From NCBI RefSeq assembly GCF_042660085.1, contig NZ_JBHSTI010000008.1, forward strand, positions 1,809,876-1,841,875: a stretch of 32,000 nt of DNA, in the 5' to 3' direction. Under the pieces are notes generated by a model. The model saw nothing but the letters and a program-made list of their open reading frames with translations, ran no database searches and had not been told where the DNA came from. Below are positions 1 to 10,368 of the stretch, in pieces (the first letter of the stretch is position 1; the number at the start of each line of letters is the position of its first letter). Source of the stretch: Longivirga aurantiaca (GTDB lineage: Bacteria; Actinomycetota; Actinomycetes; S36-B12; CAIYMF01). The position numbers and the translations under genes were made by a program.

Positions 1-168
1 GCGCAGGGCCGCGAGCCGGCGGGAGTCCTTCGCGTCGCTGCCGCTCACGGTGACGCCGCGGGCGACCAGGATGCGGGCGATGCCGGACATCCCCGCGCCG
101 CCGATGCCGACGACGTGCACGCGCCCGAGGGCGGAGAGGTCGGCGGTGGCGTCGGTGCCCGGGGTCAC
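1..168 (-). CDS. murC: UDP-N-acetylmuramate--L-alanine ligase MurC, first 56 codons only (gene runs off the left edge)
   Basis: My own translation from GTG at 168 gives [56 protein letters not shown]. This contains the GIGGxGMSGIA Mur-ligase N-terminal nucleotide-binding motif. The start overlaps the murG stop as GTGA (165-168). Its position after murG matches dcw gene order. Confidence 0.85.
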   Translation of the reverse strand, partial: MTPGTDATADLSALGRVHVVGIGGAGMSGIARILVARGVTVSGSDAKDSRRLAALR

Positions 169-1271
169 GAGGTTCCTCCAGCGGTCGTGGCGCCCGTGAC
201 GGCCTCGAGCACCAGTGCCCTCAGTCTCTCGTCCGCATCGCGCTGACCGTGGGAGGCGGCCGCGTCCTCCATGGCGTGGCGCTGGTCGGCGTCGAGCAGG
301 AGCGGCGCGACGAGGGCCACGAGCCGGTCGGCATCGAGATCGGCGTCGTCCACCAGCAGCCCTCCCCCGGCGTTGACGACGGGCAGCGCGTTGAGGCGCT
401 GCTCGCCGTTGCCGATCGGCAGCGGGACGTAGATCGCGGGCAGCCCGACGGCGGCGAGCTCGGCGCAGGTCATGGCACCCGCGCGGCAGAGCGCGACGTC
501 GGCAGCGGCGTACGCGAGGTCCATGCGGTCCACGTAGGGCAGCGGCACGTACGGCGCCGGGCCGGTGGGGCCCGACGGCCGCTGGTCGTCGTTCTTCAGG
601 CCCGCCGCGTGCAGCACCTGGATGCCCTGCGCGGTGAGTCGCTCGACGGCGCCCACGGTGGCGGCGTTGAGGCTGCGGGCGCCCTGAGACCCGCCGAAGA
701 CCAGCAGCGTGGGGCGGTCCTGGTCGAGACCGAAGGCCGCCCGTGCCTCGGCCTGCACCATCGCCCGGTCGAGCCGCGCGATCGCGGGGCGCAGCGGCAT
801 GCCGATGTGGCGCGATCCGGGGATGGCGTCCGGCACCGCGCTGCCGACGTACGACGTGAAGCGCGCACCCACCTTGTTGGCCAGCCCCGGCCGCGCGTTG
901 GCCTCGTGGATCACGATGGGGACGCGCCCGCGGGCTGCGAGGTACGCCGGCAGCGCGACGTAGCCGCCGAACCCGACCAGGACGTCCGCGCCGGTGTCGT
1001 CGAGCACGGCGCGCACCTCGCGCACCGAGCGGCGCACCGCGGTGGGCAGCCGCACCAGCTCGCCGGAGGGCCGTCGCGGCATCGGCGTCGGCGTGATGAG
1101 CCTGAGGTCGTAGCCGCGCTCGGGGACGAGGCGGGTCTCGAGTCCGCGCTCGGTGCCGAGGAGCGTGATGCCGACGGCGGGGTCGTGCCGCCGCAGGCAG
1201 TCGGCCGTGTTGAGCGCGGGCTCGACGTGGCCCGCCGTGCCGCCTCCGGCGAGGACGACGTGCACGGTCAC
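165..1271 (-). CDS. murG: Undecaprenyldiphospho-muramoylpentapeptide beta-N-acetylglucosaminyltransferase MurG (368 aa)
   Basis: This is the C-terminal part of ORF 165..2261, starting at [20 protein letters not shown] (GGTAGH motif). It also carries [11 protein letters not shown] and a C-terminal glycosyltransferase domain. The GTG at 1271 overlaps the ftsW stop as GTGA. The upstream part of the ORF is an overlap artefact inside ftsW. Confidence 0.95.
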   Translation of the reverse strand: MTVHVVLAGGGTAGHVEPALNTADCLRRHDPAVGITLLGTERGLETRLVPERGYDLRLITPTPMPRRPSGELVRLPTAVRRSVREVRAVLDDTGADVLVGFGGYVALPAYLAARGRVPIVIHEANARPGLANKVGARFTSYVGSAVPDAIPGSRHIGMPLRPAIARLDRAMVQAEARAAFGLDQDRPTLLVFGGSQGARSLNAATVGAVERLTAQGIQVLHAAGLKNDDQRPSGPTGPAPYVPLPYVDRMDLAYAAADVALCRAGAMTCAELAAVGLPAIYVPLPIGNGEQRLNALPVVNAGGGLLVDDADLDADRLVALVAPLLLDADQRHAMEDAAASHGQRDADERLRALVLEAVTGATTAGGTS

Positions 1272-2440
1272 TTCCCCTTGAGCGGGTGCGGCGCCGGACG
1301 TCCGGCCTCCGCGCGTGCGAAGGCCATGAGCATGCCGAGGGCCACGAGCGTGGGGATGAGCGAGGAACCGCCGTACGACACGAGCGGGAGCGGCACGCCC
1401 GTGATGGGGATGAGCCCGAGGACCGCGCCCATGTTGAGCAGCGCCTGGGTCAGGATCCAGGCGACCACGGCTGCCGAGGCGCTGCGCACGAACGGGTCCA
1501 CGGTGGTCCGCGCGAGGCGGAGCCCCGCGATGCCGATCGCGGTGAAGAGGCCGAGCACGATCAGCGACCCGAGGATGCCGAGCTCCTCGCCGACGACGGC
1601 GTAGATGAAGTCGGTGTGCGCCTCGGGCAGCCAGTCCCACTTCTCGCGGGAGGCTCCGAGGCCGACGCCGAACCAGCCGCCGCCGCTCATGGCGTTCTGG
1701 CCGCGCAGCAGCTGCCATCCGCTGTTCAGCGGGTCGGCGGACGGGTCGAGCCACGCGGAGAAGCGCTTGAGCCGGTAGGCCTGGGCGTAGCTCAGCACGG
1801 CCACGCCGGCGAGCAGCACGATCCCGCCGCCGAAGAAGAGCCGGAACGGTGCCCCGTTGACCCAGAGCATGGCGGCCACCATCGGCACGAGGATGAGCGC
1901 CGTGCCGAAGTCGCCCTCGAGCAGGACGAGGCCGATGATCGTGAGCGACACCGGCATCAGCGGCACGAGCAGGTGCTTCCACTGGTCGAGGAGCGGCTGC
2001 TTGCGCGCGAGCAGGTCGCTGGCCCACAGCACGAGCGCGAGCTTGGCGAACTCGCTGGGCTGGAAGCGGAACGGCCCGCCGATGTCGATCCAGTTCCTCT
2101 GGCCCGCCACCTCGTGACCGATGATCAGCACGAGCACCAGCGCGACGAGCGCCACCATGAGCGCCGGGTAGGCGATGCGGCGGTAGAACACCACCGGCAG
2201 CCGCGACGCCACGACCATCGCGGCCAGGCCCACCACCGCGAACAGCACCTGGCGCGACCACAGCGTGTACGCCGATCCGAAGACGCGGTAGCTCTCGACC
2301 GTCGACGCCGACAGCACCATCGCGACGCCCAGCACGAGCAGCAGCAGCGTGGATCCGAGCAGCACGTGGTACGTCGCCATGGGGTGCTCGGAGCGCGGCC
2401 GGTCGGCCGAGCCGACGCGCCGCTCGTCCTGCTGGGTCAC
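1268..2440 (-). CDS. ftsW: SEDS-family peptidoglycan glycosyltransferase / cell division protein FtsW (390 aa)
   Basis: ORF 1268..2440 is a polytopic membrane protein containing [27 protein letters not shown] and [13 protein letters not shown]. It starts with GTG at 2440, 4 nt after the murD stop. Its position matches dcw order. Confidence 0.9.
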   Translation of the reverse strand: MTQQDERRVGSADRPRSEHPMATYHVLLGSTLLLLVLGVAMVLSASTVESYRVFGSAYTLWSRQVLFAVVGLAAMVVASRLPVVFYRRIAYPALMVALVALVLVLIIGHEVAGQRNWIDIGGPFRFQPSEFAKLALVLWASDLLARKQPLLDQWKHLLVPLMPVSLTIIGLVLLEGDFGTALILVPMVAAMLWVNGAPFRLFFGGGIVLLAGVAVLSYAQAYRLKRFSAWLDPSADPLNSGWQLLRGQNAMSGGGWFGVGLGASREKWDWLPEAHTDFIYAVVGEELGILGSLIVLGLFTAIGIAGLRLARTTVDPFVRSASAAVVAWILTQALLNMGAVLGLIPITGVPLPLVSYGGSSLIPTLVALGMLMAFARAEAGRPAPHPLKGK

Positions 2441-2444
2441 GAGC

Positions 2445-3884
2445 TCACCCGCCCAGGTGGCGCAGGACGGAGGCGGCGAACTCGTCGCCGCGGTGGCCGT
2501 AGTCGCGGAACATGTCCCACGACGCGCACCCGGGTGCGAGCAGGACGGTGTCGCCCGGGCGCGCCATGGCGGCGGCGGCGTTCACGACGTCGTCCATGGC
2601 TCCAGTGTCGGTGCGCCCGACCTCGACCACGGGGACATCCGGCGCGTGTCGCGCGAGAGCCTCGCGGATCCGCGCGCGGTCGACGCCGAGGAGCACGGCG
2701 CCGCGCATGCGGTCGCGCGTGCGCTGCACGAGGTCGTCGTACTCCTGGCCCTTGGCCATGCCGCCCGCGATCCACACCACGGACTCGTACGCGAGCAGCG
2801 AGGTGAGCGCCGCATGGCCGTTGGTGGCCTTGGAGTCGTCGACCCACGTGACGCCGTCGCGCTCGGCGACCTGCGCGATGCGGTGGCCGGCGGGCTCGAA
2901 CGAGCGCAGGCCCTCGCGCACCGCGGAGGCCGGCACCCCTGCGGCACGGGCCAGGGCCGCGGCTGCGAGCGCGTTGAAGACGTTGTGCGGCGCGAACGGG
3001 TGCACGTCGTGCACCGAGGCGAGCTCCAGCGCGCTGTCGGCGCGGTTGTCGATGAACGCCCGGTCGACGAGCAGGTCGTCCACCACGCCCACCATCGAGC
3101 GGCCGGGAGTGCCCAGGGTGATGCCGATCGCCCGGCAGCCCTCGACGACGTCGGCCTCCTCCACCAGGCGCTCGGTCACGGGGTCGGCCACGTTGTAGAC
3201 CGCGGCGACCTGGGTGTTGGCGTAGATCCGTCCCTTGGCCGCGACGTACGCCTCCATCGAGCCGAAGTGGTCGACGTGGTCCTCGGCGATGTTGAGGCAC
3301 ACCGAGGCCAGGGGGCTCGCGGTGAGCAGGAACGGCAGCTGCGGCGCACCGACCTCGACGGCGAGGACGTCGAAGCCCTCCGGGTCCATCACCGCGTCGA
3401 CGAGCGAGACCCCGATGTTGCCGACGGCGGCGGTGCGCAGGCCGGCCGCGCGCAGCATCGACTCGAGCATGAGCGTCACCGTGGTCTTGCCGTTCGTCCC
3501 GGTCACCACGAGCCAGGGGGCGGCGTCGGGGCCGCGCAGCCGCCAGGCCAGCTCGAGCTCGCCCCACACGGGCACCCCGCGCTCCTGCGCCGCCACGATC
3601 ACGGGCGCGTAGGGCGGCAGCCCCGGCGACACCACGAGCACGTCCGCGTCGTCCGGCAGCGTGTCGCCGTCACCGAGGCGGACGGCTGCCCCGACCACCT
3701 CGAGCACGTCGGCGCGCTCGCGCTGGCGCGCGCCGTCGCCGGAGTCGACGACCGTCACCCGCGCACCGAGGTGGACGAGCTGGTCGGCGCAGGCGAATCC
3801 GGCGACGCCGATGCCCGCGACGACCGCGTGCACGGCGCCCCAGTCGGACGACCTGCCGTACGCCGTGACGTCCGTACGGCTCAC
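2445..3884 (-). CDS. murD: UDP-N-acetylmuramoylalanine--D-glutamate ligase MurD (479 aa)
   Basis: This is the C-terminal part of ORF 2445..4448, starting at VSRTDVTAYG. It carries the VTGTNGKTTV P-loop and an NIAEDHVDHFGSMEAY Mur ligase motif. The GTG at 3884 overlaps the mraY stop as GTGA. Confidence 0.93.
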   Translation of the reverse strand: MSRTDVTAYGRSSDWGAVHAVVAGIGVAGFACADQLVHLGARVTVVDSGDGARQRERADVLEVVGAAVRLGDGDTLPDDADVLVVSPGLPPYAPVIVAAQERGVPVWGELELAWRLRGPDAAPWLVVTGTNGKTTVTLMLESMLRAAGLRTAAVGNIGVSLVDAVMDPEGFDVLAVEVGAPQLPFLLTASPLASVCLNIAEDHVDHFGSMEAYVAAKGRIYANTQVAAVYNVADPVTERLVEEADVVEGCRAIGITLGTPGRSMVGVVDDLLVDRAFIDNRADSALELASVHDVHPFAPHNVFNALAAAALARAAGVPASAVREGLRSFEPAGHRIAQVAERDGVTWVDDSKATNGHAALTSLLAYESVVWIAGGMAKGQEYDDLVQRTRDRMRGAVLLGVDRARIREALARHAPDVPVVEVGRTDTGAMDDVVNAAAAMARPGDTVLLAPGCASWDMFRDYGHRGDEFAASVLRHLGG

Positions 3885-4948
3885 TGACGGACCCACTCGG
3901 CGTAGAAGATGCCGAGGCCGAGCGCCACGAACAGGCCCTGGACGATCCAGAACCGCACCACGATCTGGATCTCGGCCCAGCCCAGCATCTCGAAGTGGTG
4001 ATGCAAGGGGGCCATCCGGAACATGCGTCTGCCGGTGAGCTTGTAGCTGCCCACCTGGCCGATCACCGAGAGCACGACGATGAGGAAGAGCCCGGCGAGC
4101 ATCGGCAGGAGGAGCTCGGTGCGCGACAGGATCGCGAGGGCGGCGATCGCACCGCCGAGCGCCAGCGACCCGGTGTCGCCCATGAAGATCCCGGCCGGCG
4201 CGGTGTTCCACCAGAGGAACCCGAAGCAGGCTCCTGCCGCGGCAGCCGCGAACACGGCGAGATCGAGCGGATCCCGTACGTCGTAGCAGCGCGCGAACTC
4301 GCCGAACTGGCAGTTCTGCCCGTACTGCCAGACCGAGAGCAGCGTGTAGGCCCCCAGCGTCATGACCGAGGCGCCCGCCGCGAGACCGTCGAGGCCGTCG
4401 GTGAGGTTGACCGCGTTGGTGGTCGCCGTGACGAGGAACCAGATCCACACGATGAACAGGGCGGTCGGCAGGACGAGGCTGGTGTCGCGGAACAGCGAGA
4501 CCGCGCGCGAGGCCGGCGTGCGCCCGTCGGCGTCCGGGAACTGCAGCGAGAGGAAGGCGAAGATGATCGCCACGGTCGCCTGGCCGAGCAGCTTGGTGCG
4601 CGCCCGCACACCCGTGCTGCGCTGCTTGAAGATCTTCAGGTAGTCGTCCGCGATGCCCACGCAGCCGAGCCCGACGGTGAGGAAGAGCGCGAGGACGCCC
4701 GACCAGCTCGGCGGCCGCCAGGCGACGACGTGCGCACCGAGGTATCCGACGAGCAGCCCCGCCAGGATGATGAGGCCGCCCATCGACGGGGTGCCGCGCT
4801 TGCCCTCGTGCTCGGGGTAGGGCTCGCCGGCCGTCGACACGCGGATGGCCTGCGCCAGGTGGTGGCGGCGCAGGAACTTGATGAGCAGCGGCGTGCCGAG
4901 CAGCGACACGAACAGGCCGAGGCCGGCAGCGATGAGCACGAGCCTCAT
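3881..4948 (-). CDS. mraY: Phospho-N-acetylmuramoyl-pentapeptide transferase MraY (355 aa)
   Basis: ORF 3881..4948 contains NAVNLTDGLDGLAAG, FMGDTGSLALGG and MAPLHHHFE. The ATG at 4948 overlaps the murF stop as ATGA. Confidence 0.95.
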   Translation of the reverse strand: MRLVLIAAGLGLFVSLLGTPLLIKFLRRHHLAQAIRVSTAGEPYPEHEGKRGTPSMGGLIILAGLLVGYLGAHVVAWRPPSWSGVLALFLTVGLGCVGIADDYLKIFKQRSTGVRARTKLLGQATVAIIFAFLSLQFPDADGRTPASRAVSLFRDTSLVLPTALFIVWIWFLVTATTNAVNLTDGLDGLAAGASVMTLGAYTLLSVWQYGQNCQFGEFARCYDVRDPLDLAVFAAAAAGACFGFLWWNTAPAGIFMGDTGSLALGGAIAALAILSRTELLLPMLAGLFLIVVLSVIGQVGSYKLTGRRMFRMAPLHHHFEMLGWAEIQIVVRFWIVQGLFVALGLGIFYAEWVRQ

Positions 4949-6354
4949 GCGGGGACCTCCGTCAGGGCCAGTGCGAGCCGTTCGAGACCGGCGGCGCGCG
5001 AGGCCTTCACCAGGACGACGTCGCCGGGCGCGACATCACCGGCGACGATCTCGACCGCCCGAGGCACGTCGGCCGCCACCATGACGACGGTGGCACCTCC
5101 GACCCCCTTCGCGCCCCTCGCCACGCCGGACGCGCCCTCGCCCACTGCGACGACCCGGTCGACACCGCGCTCGGCGGCGGCACGGCCGACGGCCTCGTGC
5201 GCAGCCTCGGCGCCGGCTCCCAGCTCGCGCATCTCGCCGAGGACGGCCCACGACCGGCGGGCGGGGCGCGTGGCCGTCGCCGCGCTCATGGCCACGAGGG
5301 CGTCGAGCGCCGCAACCACGGACTCGGGGTTGGCGTTGTACGCGTCGTTGACGACGGTGACGCCGGACGCCGTCGTCGACACCTCCATGCGCCAGCGGCT
5401 CTCCGCCGTCGCGCCGGAGAGGCGGCGGGCGACGATGTCCCCGGGGATGCCGAGCTCGAGGGCCACGGCCGCGACTGCGAGCGCGTTGGAGACCTGGTGC
5501 GCTCCGAAGAGCCGCAGCGAGACGGGCTCGCGGACGCCCGGCGCCACCAGGGTGAATCCCGGTCGCCCCTCGTCGTCCATCGTCTCGTCCACGGCCCGGA
5601 CCTGCGCCGCGGCGGAGCGGCCGTAGAGCACGACCCTGCCCCGCGTGCGCGGAGCCATCGCGGCGACGAGGTCGTCGTCGGCGTTGAGGACGGCGACCCC
5701 GCCGTCGGCCGCCGGGGGCACGGCCTCGACCAGCTCGCCCTTGGTCACGGCGATGTTCTCCCGCGAGCCGAACTCGCCGACGTGGGCCGACCCGACGTTG
5801 AGCACCACACCGATCCGGGGCGGGGTCACGGTGCAGAGGTACGCGATGTGCCCGAGCCCGCGCGCGCCCATCTCGGAGACGAGCACGCGCGTGCTCTCGT
5901 CGACCTGCAGCGCGGTGAGCGGCAGGCCGACCTCGGTGTTGAACGAGCCCTGGGGTGCCACGACCGGGCCGAGCTCGACCACGACCTGGGCCATGAGGTC
6001 CTTGGTGCTGGTCTTGCCCGAGGAGCCGGTGATCCCGACGACCACGAGATCCGGCATCCGGCCCACCACCCACCGGGCGAGGCGGCCGAGTGCGAGCACG
6101 GCGTCGTCGTCGACGACCACCGAGGGGACGTCGAGGGCTCGGGACGCGAGCGCCGCCACGGCACCGCCCGCGACGGCCTGGCCCGCGAAGTCGTGCGCGT
6201 CGTGGTGCTCCCCCACGACGGCCACGAACAGGTCGCCGTCGTGCGCGCTGCGCGAGTCGGTGGAGAAGCCCGTGACCCTTGTCGCAGGCTCGGCACCGCC
6301 GACGAGACGGCCTCCGACGGCAGCCGCGACGTCGCCCAGGGTGAGCGCGATCAT
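4945..6354 (-). CDS. murF: UDP-N-acetylmuramoyl-tripeptide--D-alanyl-D-alanine ligase MurF (469 aa)
   Basis: ORF 4945..6354 contains GITGSSGKTSTKD and DAYNANPESV. The ATG at 6354 overlaps the murE stop as ATGA. Confidence 0.93.
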   Translation of the reverse strand: MIALTLGDVAAAVGGRLVGGAEPATRVTGFSTDSRSAHDGDLFVAVVGEHHDAHDFAGQAVAGGAVAALASRALDVPSVVVDDDAVLALGRLARWVVGRMPDLVVVGITGSSGKTSTKDLMAQVVVELGPVVAPQGSFNTEVGLPLTALQVDESTRVLVSEMGARGLGHIAYLCTVTPPRIGVVLNVGSAHVGEFGSRENIAVTKGELVEAVPPAADGGVAVLNADDDLVAAMAPRTRGRVVLYGRSAAAQVRAVDETMDDEGRPGFTLVAPGVREPVSLRLFGAHQVSNALAVAAVALELGIPGDIVARRLSGATAESRWRMEVSTTASGVTVVNDAYNANPESVVAALDALVAMSAATATRPARRSWAVLGEMRELGAGAEAAHEAVGRAAAERGVDRVVAVGEGASGVARGAKGVGGATVVMVAADVPRAVEIVAGDVAPGDVVLVKASRAAGLERLALALTEVPA

Positions 6355-7928
6355 GTGGCGTCCTCGTCGTCGGTCGGCAGGTCGGCGGGCACGATCAGGC
6401 CGGGCTCCAGCGCCTCGGCCAGAGCGACCCGGTCGTCGAACGGCGTGACCGTACCCGCGACCTCCTGCCCCTGCTCGTGGCCCTTGCCCAGGACGAGAAC
6501 CACGTCACCCCTGCCCGCGAGCGCGACCGCCATGCGCAGGGCTCGCCGTCGGTCGGCCACCTCGATCCGCCGCGTGCCGGTGATGGTGCGTGCGCCGCGC
6601 AGGACCTCGCGGCGGATGAGGGCGGGGTCCTCGCTGCGGGGGTTGTCGTCGGTCACGATGACGACATCGGCGCCCTCGACCGCCGCACGCCCCATGTCGT
6701 ACCGCTTGTGCGGGTCGCGGTCGCCGCCCGCGCCGAGCACGACGAGGATGCGCGAACGGCGCCCGGAGCGTGCCGTCGCCACCTCGCGCGCAGCGGCCAG
6801 CGCCCGCTCGACGGCGTCGGGCGTGTGCGCGTAGTCGACGTACGCGTAGATGCCGCGCCCGAGGTCGGGGTCGGGCACCCTCTCCATCCGTCCGGGCACG
6901 CCCTCGCACGCGGCGATGCCGTCCGACGCGGTCAGCGGGTCGACGCCTGCCGCGACGAGCAGGGCCAGCGCCCCGAGCGCGTTGCTGACGTTGAACTCCC
7001 CCGGCAGACGCACCTCGAGCGGCACGTCCACGCCGTCGGGGCCGAGCGCGCGCATCACCGAGCCGCCGGGCACCGCGACCACGCCCTCGACCATCCACGT
7101 GGCCGGGCCGACGGTCGAGTACGTCGACACCTCAAGACCTTGCGCCGCAGCCGATCCCGCCATCCGTACGCCGTACCCGCCGTCGACGCACACGACGGCG
7201 GCCGCCGTGCGACGCGCGGTGAACAGCGACGCCTTGGCCGCGAAGTAGTCGTCCATGTCCGCGTGGAAATCGAGGTGGTCCTCGGTCAGGTTGGTGAAGC
7301 CGCCGACGGCGAACCGCACGCCGTCGACCCGTCCGAGGACGAGCGCGTGGCTCGACACCTCCATGGTCACGGCGGTCACCCCGCGCTCGCGCATGACCGC
7401 CAGCAGCGCATGCACGTCGGTGGCCTCGGGGGTGGTCCGCTGGCTGGGTACCGTCTCGTCGCCGATGCGCGTGCCCACCGTGCCGATGAGCCCGGTCACG
7501 TGGCCGGCCGCCCGGAACCCGCCGTCGACGAGGTACGACGTGGTCGTCTTGCCGTTCGTGCCGGTGATCCCGACGACGAGGACGTCGCGGGACGGGTGGT
7601 CGTAGACGTCCGCTGCGACCTCGCCGAGGACGGCCCGGGGATCCTCGACGACGAGGACCGGGAGCCCGGCGGCGGCGCAGCGCTCCGCACCGGACGGATC
7701 GGTGAGGACGGCGACGGCGCCGGAGGCGGCGGCCTGGGCGACGTACTCGGCCCCGTGCGTCACGAAGCCCGGCAGGGCGGCGTACAGGTCACCGGGACGG
7801 ACGTCGCGGGAGTCGTGGGTGACCCCGGTGACGAGGACGTCGGCGGATGCGGGGACGTCGGCACCCGCCACCCGCGCGAGCTCCCCGAGGGGACGCGGCG
7901 GCGTGCTCGGTCGAGGTCCGGCAGGCAC
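6351..7928 (-). CDS. murE: UDP-N-acetylmuramoyl-L-alanyl-D-glutamate--2,6-diaminopimelate ligase MurE (525 aa)
   Basis: ORF 6351..7928 contains GITGTNGKTTTSY, VTHDSRDVRPGDLY and TDDNPRSEDP (the DNPR motif typical of meso-DAP-adding MurE). It starts with GTG at 7928, 20 nt after the ftsI stop. Confidence 0.93.
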   Translation of the reverse strand: MPAGPRPSTPPRPLGELARVAGADVPASADVLVTGVTHDSRDVRPGDLYAALPGFVTHGAEYVAQAAASGAVAVLTDPSGAERCAAAGLPVLVVEDPRAVLGEVAADVYDHPSRDVLVVGITGTNGKTTTSYLVDGGFRAAGHVTGLIGTVGTRIGDETVPSQRTTPEATDVHALLAVMRERGVTAVTMEVSSHALVLGRVDGVRFAVGGFTNLTEDHLDFHADMDDYFAAKASLFTARRTAAAVVCVDGGYGVRMAGSAAAQGLEVSTYSTVGPATWMVEGVVAVPGGSVMRALGPDGVDVPLEVRLPGEFNVSNALGALALLVAAGVDPLTASDGIAACEGVPGRMERVPDPDLGRGIYAYVDYAHTPDAVERALAAAREVATARSGRRSRILVVLGAGGDRDPHKRYDMGRAAVEGADVVIVTDDNPRSEDPALIRREVLRGARTITGTRRIEVADRRRALRMAVALAGRGDVVLVLGKGHEQGQEVAGTVTPFDDRVALAEALEPGLIVPADLPTDDEDAT

Positions 7929-7948
7929 CTCGCGACCCTATCCCGCGC

Positions 7949-9742
7949 TCACCACTCGACCGGGATGCGCGGGCGCTGCGAACCGGTCGGCGGCGTGCGC
8001 TCCTGCTGGAGCGCGAAGGAGGTCACGCGCTTGAACACCGGGCCGGCGAGGACGCCGCCGTAGTGGCCGTTGCGCGGGTTCTGCAGGAAGACCGCGACCA
8101 CGAGGCTCGGGTTGTCGGCCGGCGCGATCCCGATGAACGAGGCGGTGTAGCCGCGGTAGCAGCCGCAGCTGTCGTCGATGCGGTTGGCGGTGCCCGTCTT
8201 GCCCGCCACGCGGTAGCCGGGGATCGCCGCGTTGGGCGCGGTGCCGTCCGCGGAGACGACCGACTCGAGCATCGAGCGGACGGTCCTGGCGGTCTTGGTG
8301 CTGACGACACGCGTCTCGCTCGCCTGCGGCGCCGCCTGGTAGGTGCCGTCCGGCAGCGTGTAGCCCTCGACCAGGCTCGGCGTGACGCGGACGCCGTCGT
8401 TGGCGATCGTCGCGAAGACCGAGGCCGCCTGCACCGCGTTGACCGACAGGCCCTGGCCGAAGGCCAGCGTGCCGAACGTGGTGTCGGACCACTGAGACGG
8501 TGCGGGCACGTAGCCCTTGCTCTCGCCGGGGAAGTTGAGGCCCGTCTTCTCGCCGATCCCGAACTTCTTCAGGTAGCGGTAGAGCGTGTCGCCGCCGATC
8601 CTCTCCGCCGCCATGATCGTGCCGATGTTGCTGGACTTGGCGAGGACGCCGTTCAGCGTGAGCTTGAGGGTGCCGTGCGGGCTGTGGTCGTGCCAGGTCT
8701 TCGCGGGCCGCTTGAGCACCGGCGGGATGACGAGCTGGGTGGTCGGCCCCGCCGCCTTCTCCTCGATGACCGCCGCCATCGTCATGACCTTGCTCGTCGA
8801 GCCGGGCTCGAAGACGTCGGACACCGCGCGATTGCCGATGTCCGCGGAAACGGCCTCGGCCGGACGGTTCGGGTCGAAGGTGGGCACGGTGGCGAGCGCG
8901 AGGATCTTGCCGGTGCGCGGGTCCATCACGACGACGGTGCCGCTGTCGGCCTTGGCGTAGGCGACCTGCTTCGCGATCGCGTCCTGCGCCACCCACTGGA
9001 TGTCGCGGTCGATCGTGAGCCGCACCGTCTTCCCGGGGATGGCCGAGGTGCCCGCGGCCTCGACCGTCGGGATCTCGGTGCCGCGGGCCGAGCTCTCGAA
9101 GATCTCCGAACCGGCCACGCCCGCGAGCTGGTCGTCGAGGCCGTGCTCGAGGCCCGAGCCGCCGGTGCCGTCGGCCCGGACGTGGCCCACGACGTTGGCC
9201 GCGACCTCGCCCGCCGGGTAGACGCGCGTCGACGTCGGCTCGCTGAACACGCCCGCGAGCTTGAGCGCCTTCACCGAGGCCCAGGTCTCCGGCGTCACGT
9301 TCTTGGCGATGTAGACGAAGCGCCGCTCCCCCGCAAGGCGCGGGGCGTACGCCGAGGCGTCGCCCCCGAGCACCGAGGCGAGCGCTGCGGCGGTGCCCTC
9401 GACGTCCTCGACCAGGGTCTGGTCGACCGTCACGTTGCGGGCGGCCACGGTGGTGGCGAGGGGCACGCCGTTGGCGTCGGTGATGTCGCCGCGCGTCGCG
9501 GGGATCACGACCTCGCGCATGCGGCTCTTCTCGGCCGCCGCCGCGAGGGTCGGCCCCTGGATGACCTGGAGGTCGACGACCCGGCCGGCGACGATCGTCA
9601 CGAGGATGAGCAGGCCAAGCTGCCAGAGGCGCAGGCGGCGCACGTGGTCGCCCTGACGGAACGTGCGCGGCGCGGGGCGTGCCGCGGGCCGCGGTGCGGG
9701 ACGCGACGAGGGACGGCGGGGCGGCGGGGCGAGCGTCGTCAT
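7949..9742 (-). CDS. ftsI: Class B penicillin-binding protein / septal transpeptidase FtsI (597 aa)
   Basis: ORF 7949..9742 has an N-terminal TM segment (LWQLGLLILVTIVAG). Its transpeptidase motifs are GSTSKV (SxxK), KSSNIG (SxN) and GKTGTA (KTG). The ATG at 9742 overlaps the upstream gene's stop as ATGA. Confidence 0.9.
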   Translation of the reverse strand: MTTLAPPPRRPSSRPAPRPAARPAPRTFRQGDHVRRLRLWQLGLLILVTIVAGRVVDLQVIQGPTLAAAAEKSRMREVVIPATRGDITDANGVPLATTVAARNVTVDQTLVEDVEGTAAALASVLGGDASAYAPRLAGERRFVYIAKNVTPETWASVKALKLAGVFSEPTSTRVYPAGEVAANVVGHVRADGTGGSGLEHGLDDQLAGVAGSEIFESSARGTEIPTVEAAGTSAIPGKTVRLTIDRDIQWVAQDAIAKQVAYAKADSGTVVVMDPRTGKILALATVPTFDPNRPAEAVSADIGNRAVSDVFEPGSTSKVMTMAAVIEEKAAGPTTQLVIPPVLKRPAKTWHDHSPHGTLKLTLNGVLAKSSNIGTIMAAERIGGDTLYRYLKKFGIGEKTGLNFPGESKGYVPAPSQWSDTTFGTLAFGQGLSVNAVQAASVFATIANDGVRVTPSLVEGYTLPDGTYQAAPQASETRVVSTKTARTVRSMLESVVSADGTAPNAAIPGYRVAGKTGTANRIDDSCGCYRGYTASFIGIAPADNPSLVVAVFLQNPRNGHYGGVLAGPVFKRVTSFALQQERTPPTGSQRPRIPVEW

Positions 9743-10368
9743 CGGTTCTCCCGGCTGGGCTGGGCGGGAGCGTCGAGGACGGCGCCGTCGGTCACGGGCG
9801 GGGGGTCGGCGACCGCGGCGTCCCCGGTGGGCGTCGCGGCGGCGGTCGGCGGCGCGCTGCTGGGCGCGGGTGTGGCGGCGGCGGCCGGCGACGCGGAGGT
9901 CGACGGCGCGGTGCCGGTGCCGCCCGTGGCGGGGATGCGCGTCGTGGGGTCAGCCTGGGCCGGGCGCGGGCTGCCGAGGACGGCGCCGTCGGAGAGCCGG
10001 AGGAAGACCGGGGCCGCGACCGGCACCATGCCGAGCTCCTGAGCCTTCTGCTGCAAGGACTCCGGGGCCTCGGCCCGCGCGACGTCCTGCACGAGCCGCT
10101 GCTCGCGCACCGCGAGGTCGCGCTGCTCGGACGACAGGTCGTTGATCTCGAAGGCGCCCGAGGCCAGCGAGGTGTTGAGCACGAGCAGCATGACCATCCC
10201 GAGCACGAGGATGCCCACGACCACGAGCGAGAAGACGCCGGTGCCCGCCACAGCGGGTGCCGGCGGGGGCACCTCCTTCAGCGGGGTGCGGCGCGGGCGG
10301 CCCGCCTTCGGCGCGGTGGGCTTCGGGTGGCCGGCGGGACGCGTCGTCGCGCGGGCGGTCGCGCTCAC
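9739..10368 (-). CDS. FtsL-like bitopic cell-division membrane protein with a Pro/Ala/Thr-rich tail (209 aa)
   Basis: This is the C-terminal part of the giant ORF 9739..12231, starting at VSATARATT. It has one TM helix ([21 protein letters not shown]) followed by a coiled-coil-like segment ([27 protein letters not shown]). The GTG at 10368 overlaps the rsmH stop as GTGA. The slot between rsmH and ftsI is the usual ftsL position. Confidence 0.6.
   Translation of the reverse strand: MSATARATTRPAGHPKPTAPKAGRPRRTPLKEVPPPAPAVAGTGVFSLVVVGILVLGMVMLLVLNTSLASGAFEINDLSSEQRDLAVREQRLVQDVARAEAPESLQQKAQELGMVPVAAPVFLRLSDGAVLGSPRPAQADPTTRIPATGGTGTAPSTSASPAAAATPAPSSAPPTAAATPTGDAAVADPPPVTDGAVLDAPAQPSRENR

Noticed and set aside
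1272-2261. N-terminal extensions of true genes in the ORF track: murG ORF to 2261, murD ORF to 4448, ftsL-like ORF to 12231, mraZ ORF to 12251, MaoC ORF to 15574, MoxR ORF from 18236, TGase ORF from 20519, dnaE2 ORF to 29702, DUF6504-like ORF to 30744 and YbaK-like ORF from 30582.
   Set aside because: The extensions overlap well-supported upstream genes or regulatory DNA and have junk-like composition. Internal starts give canonical N-termini with SD sequences or ATGA/GTGA coupling.
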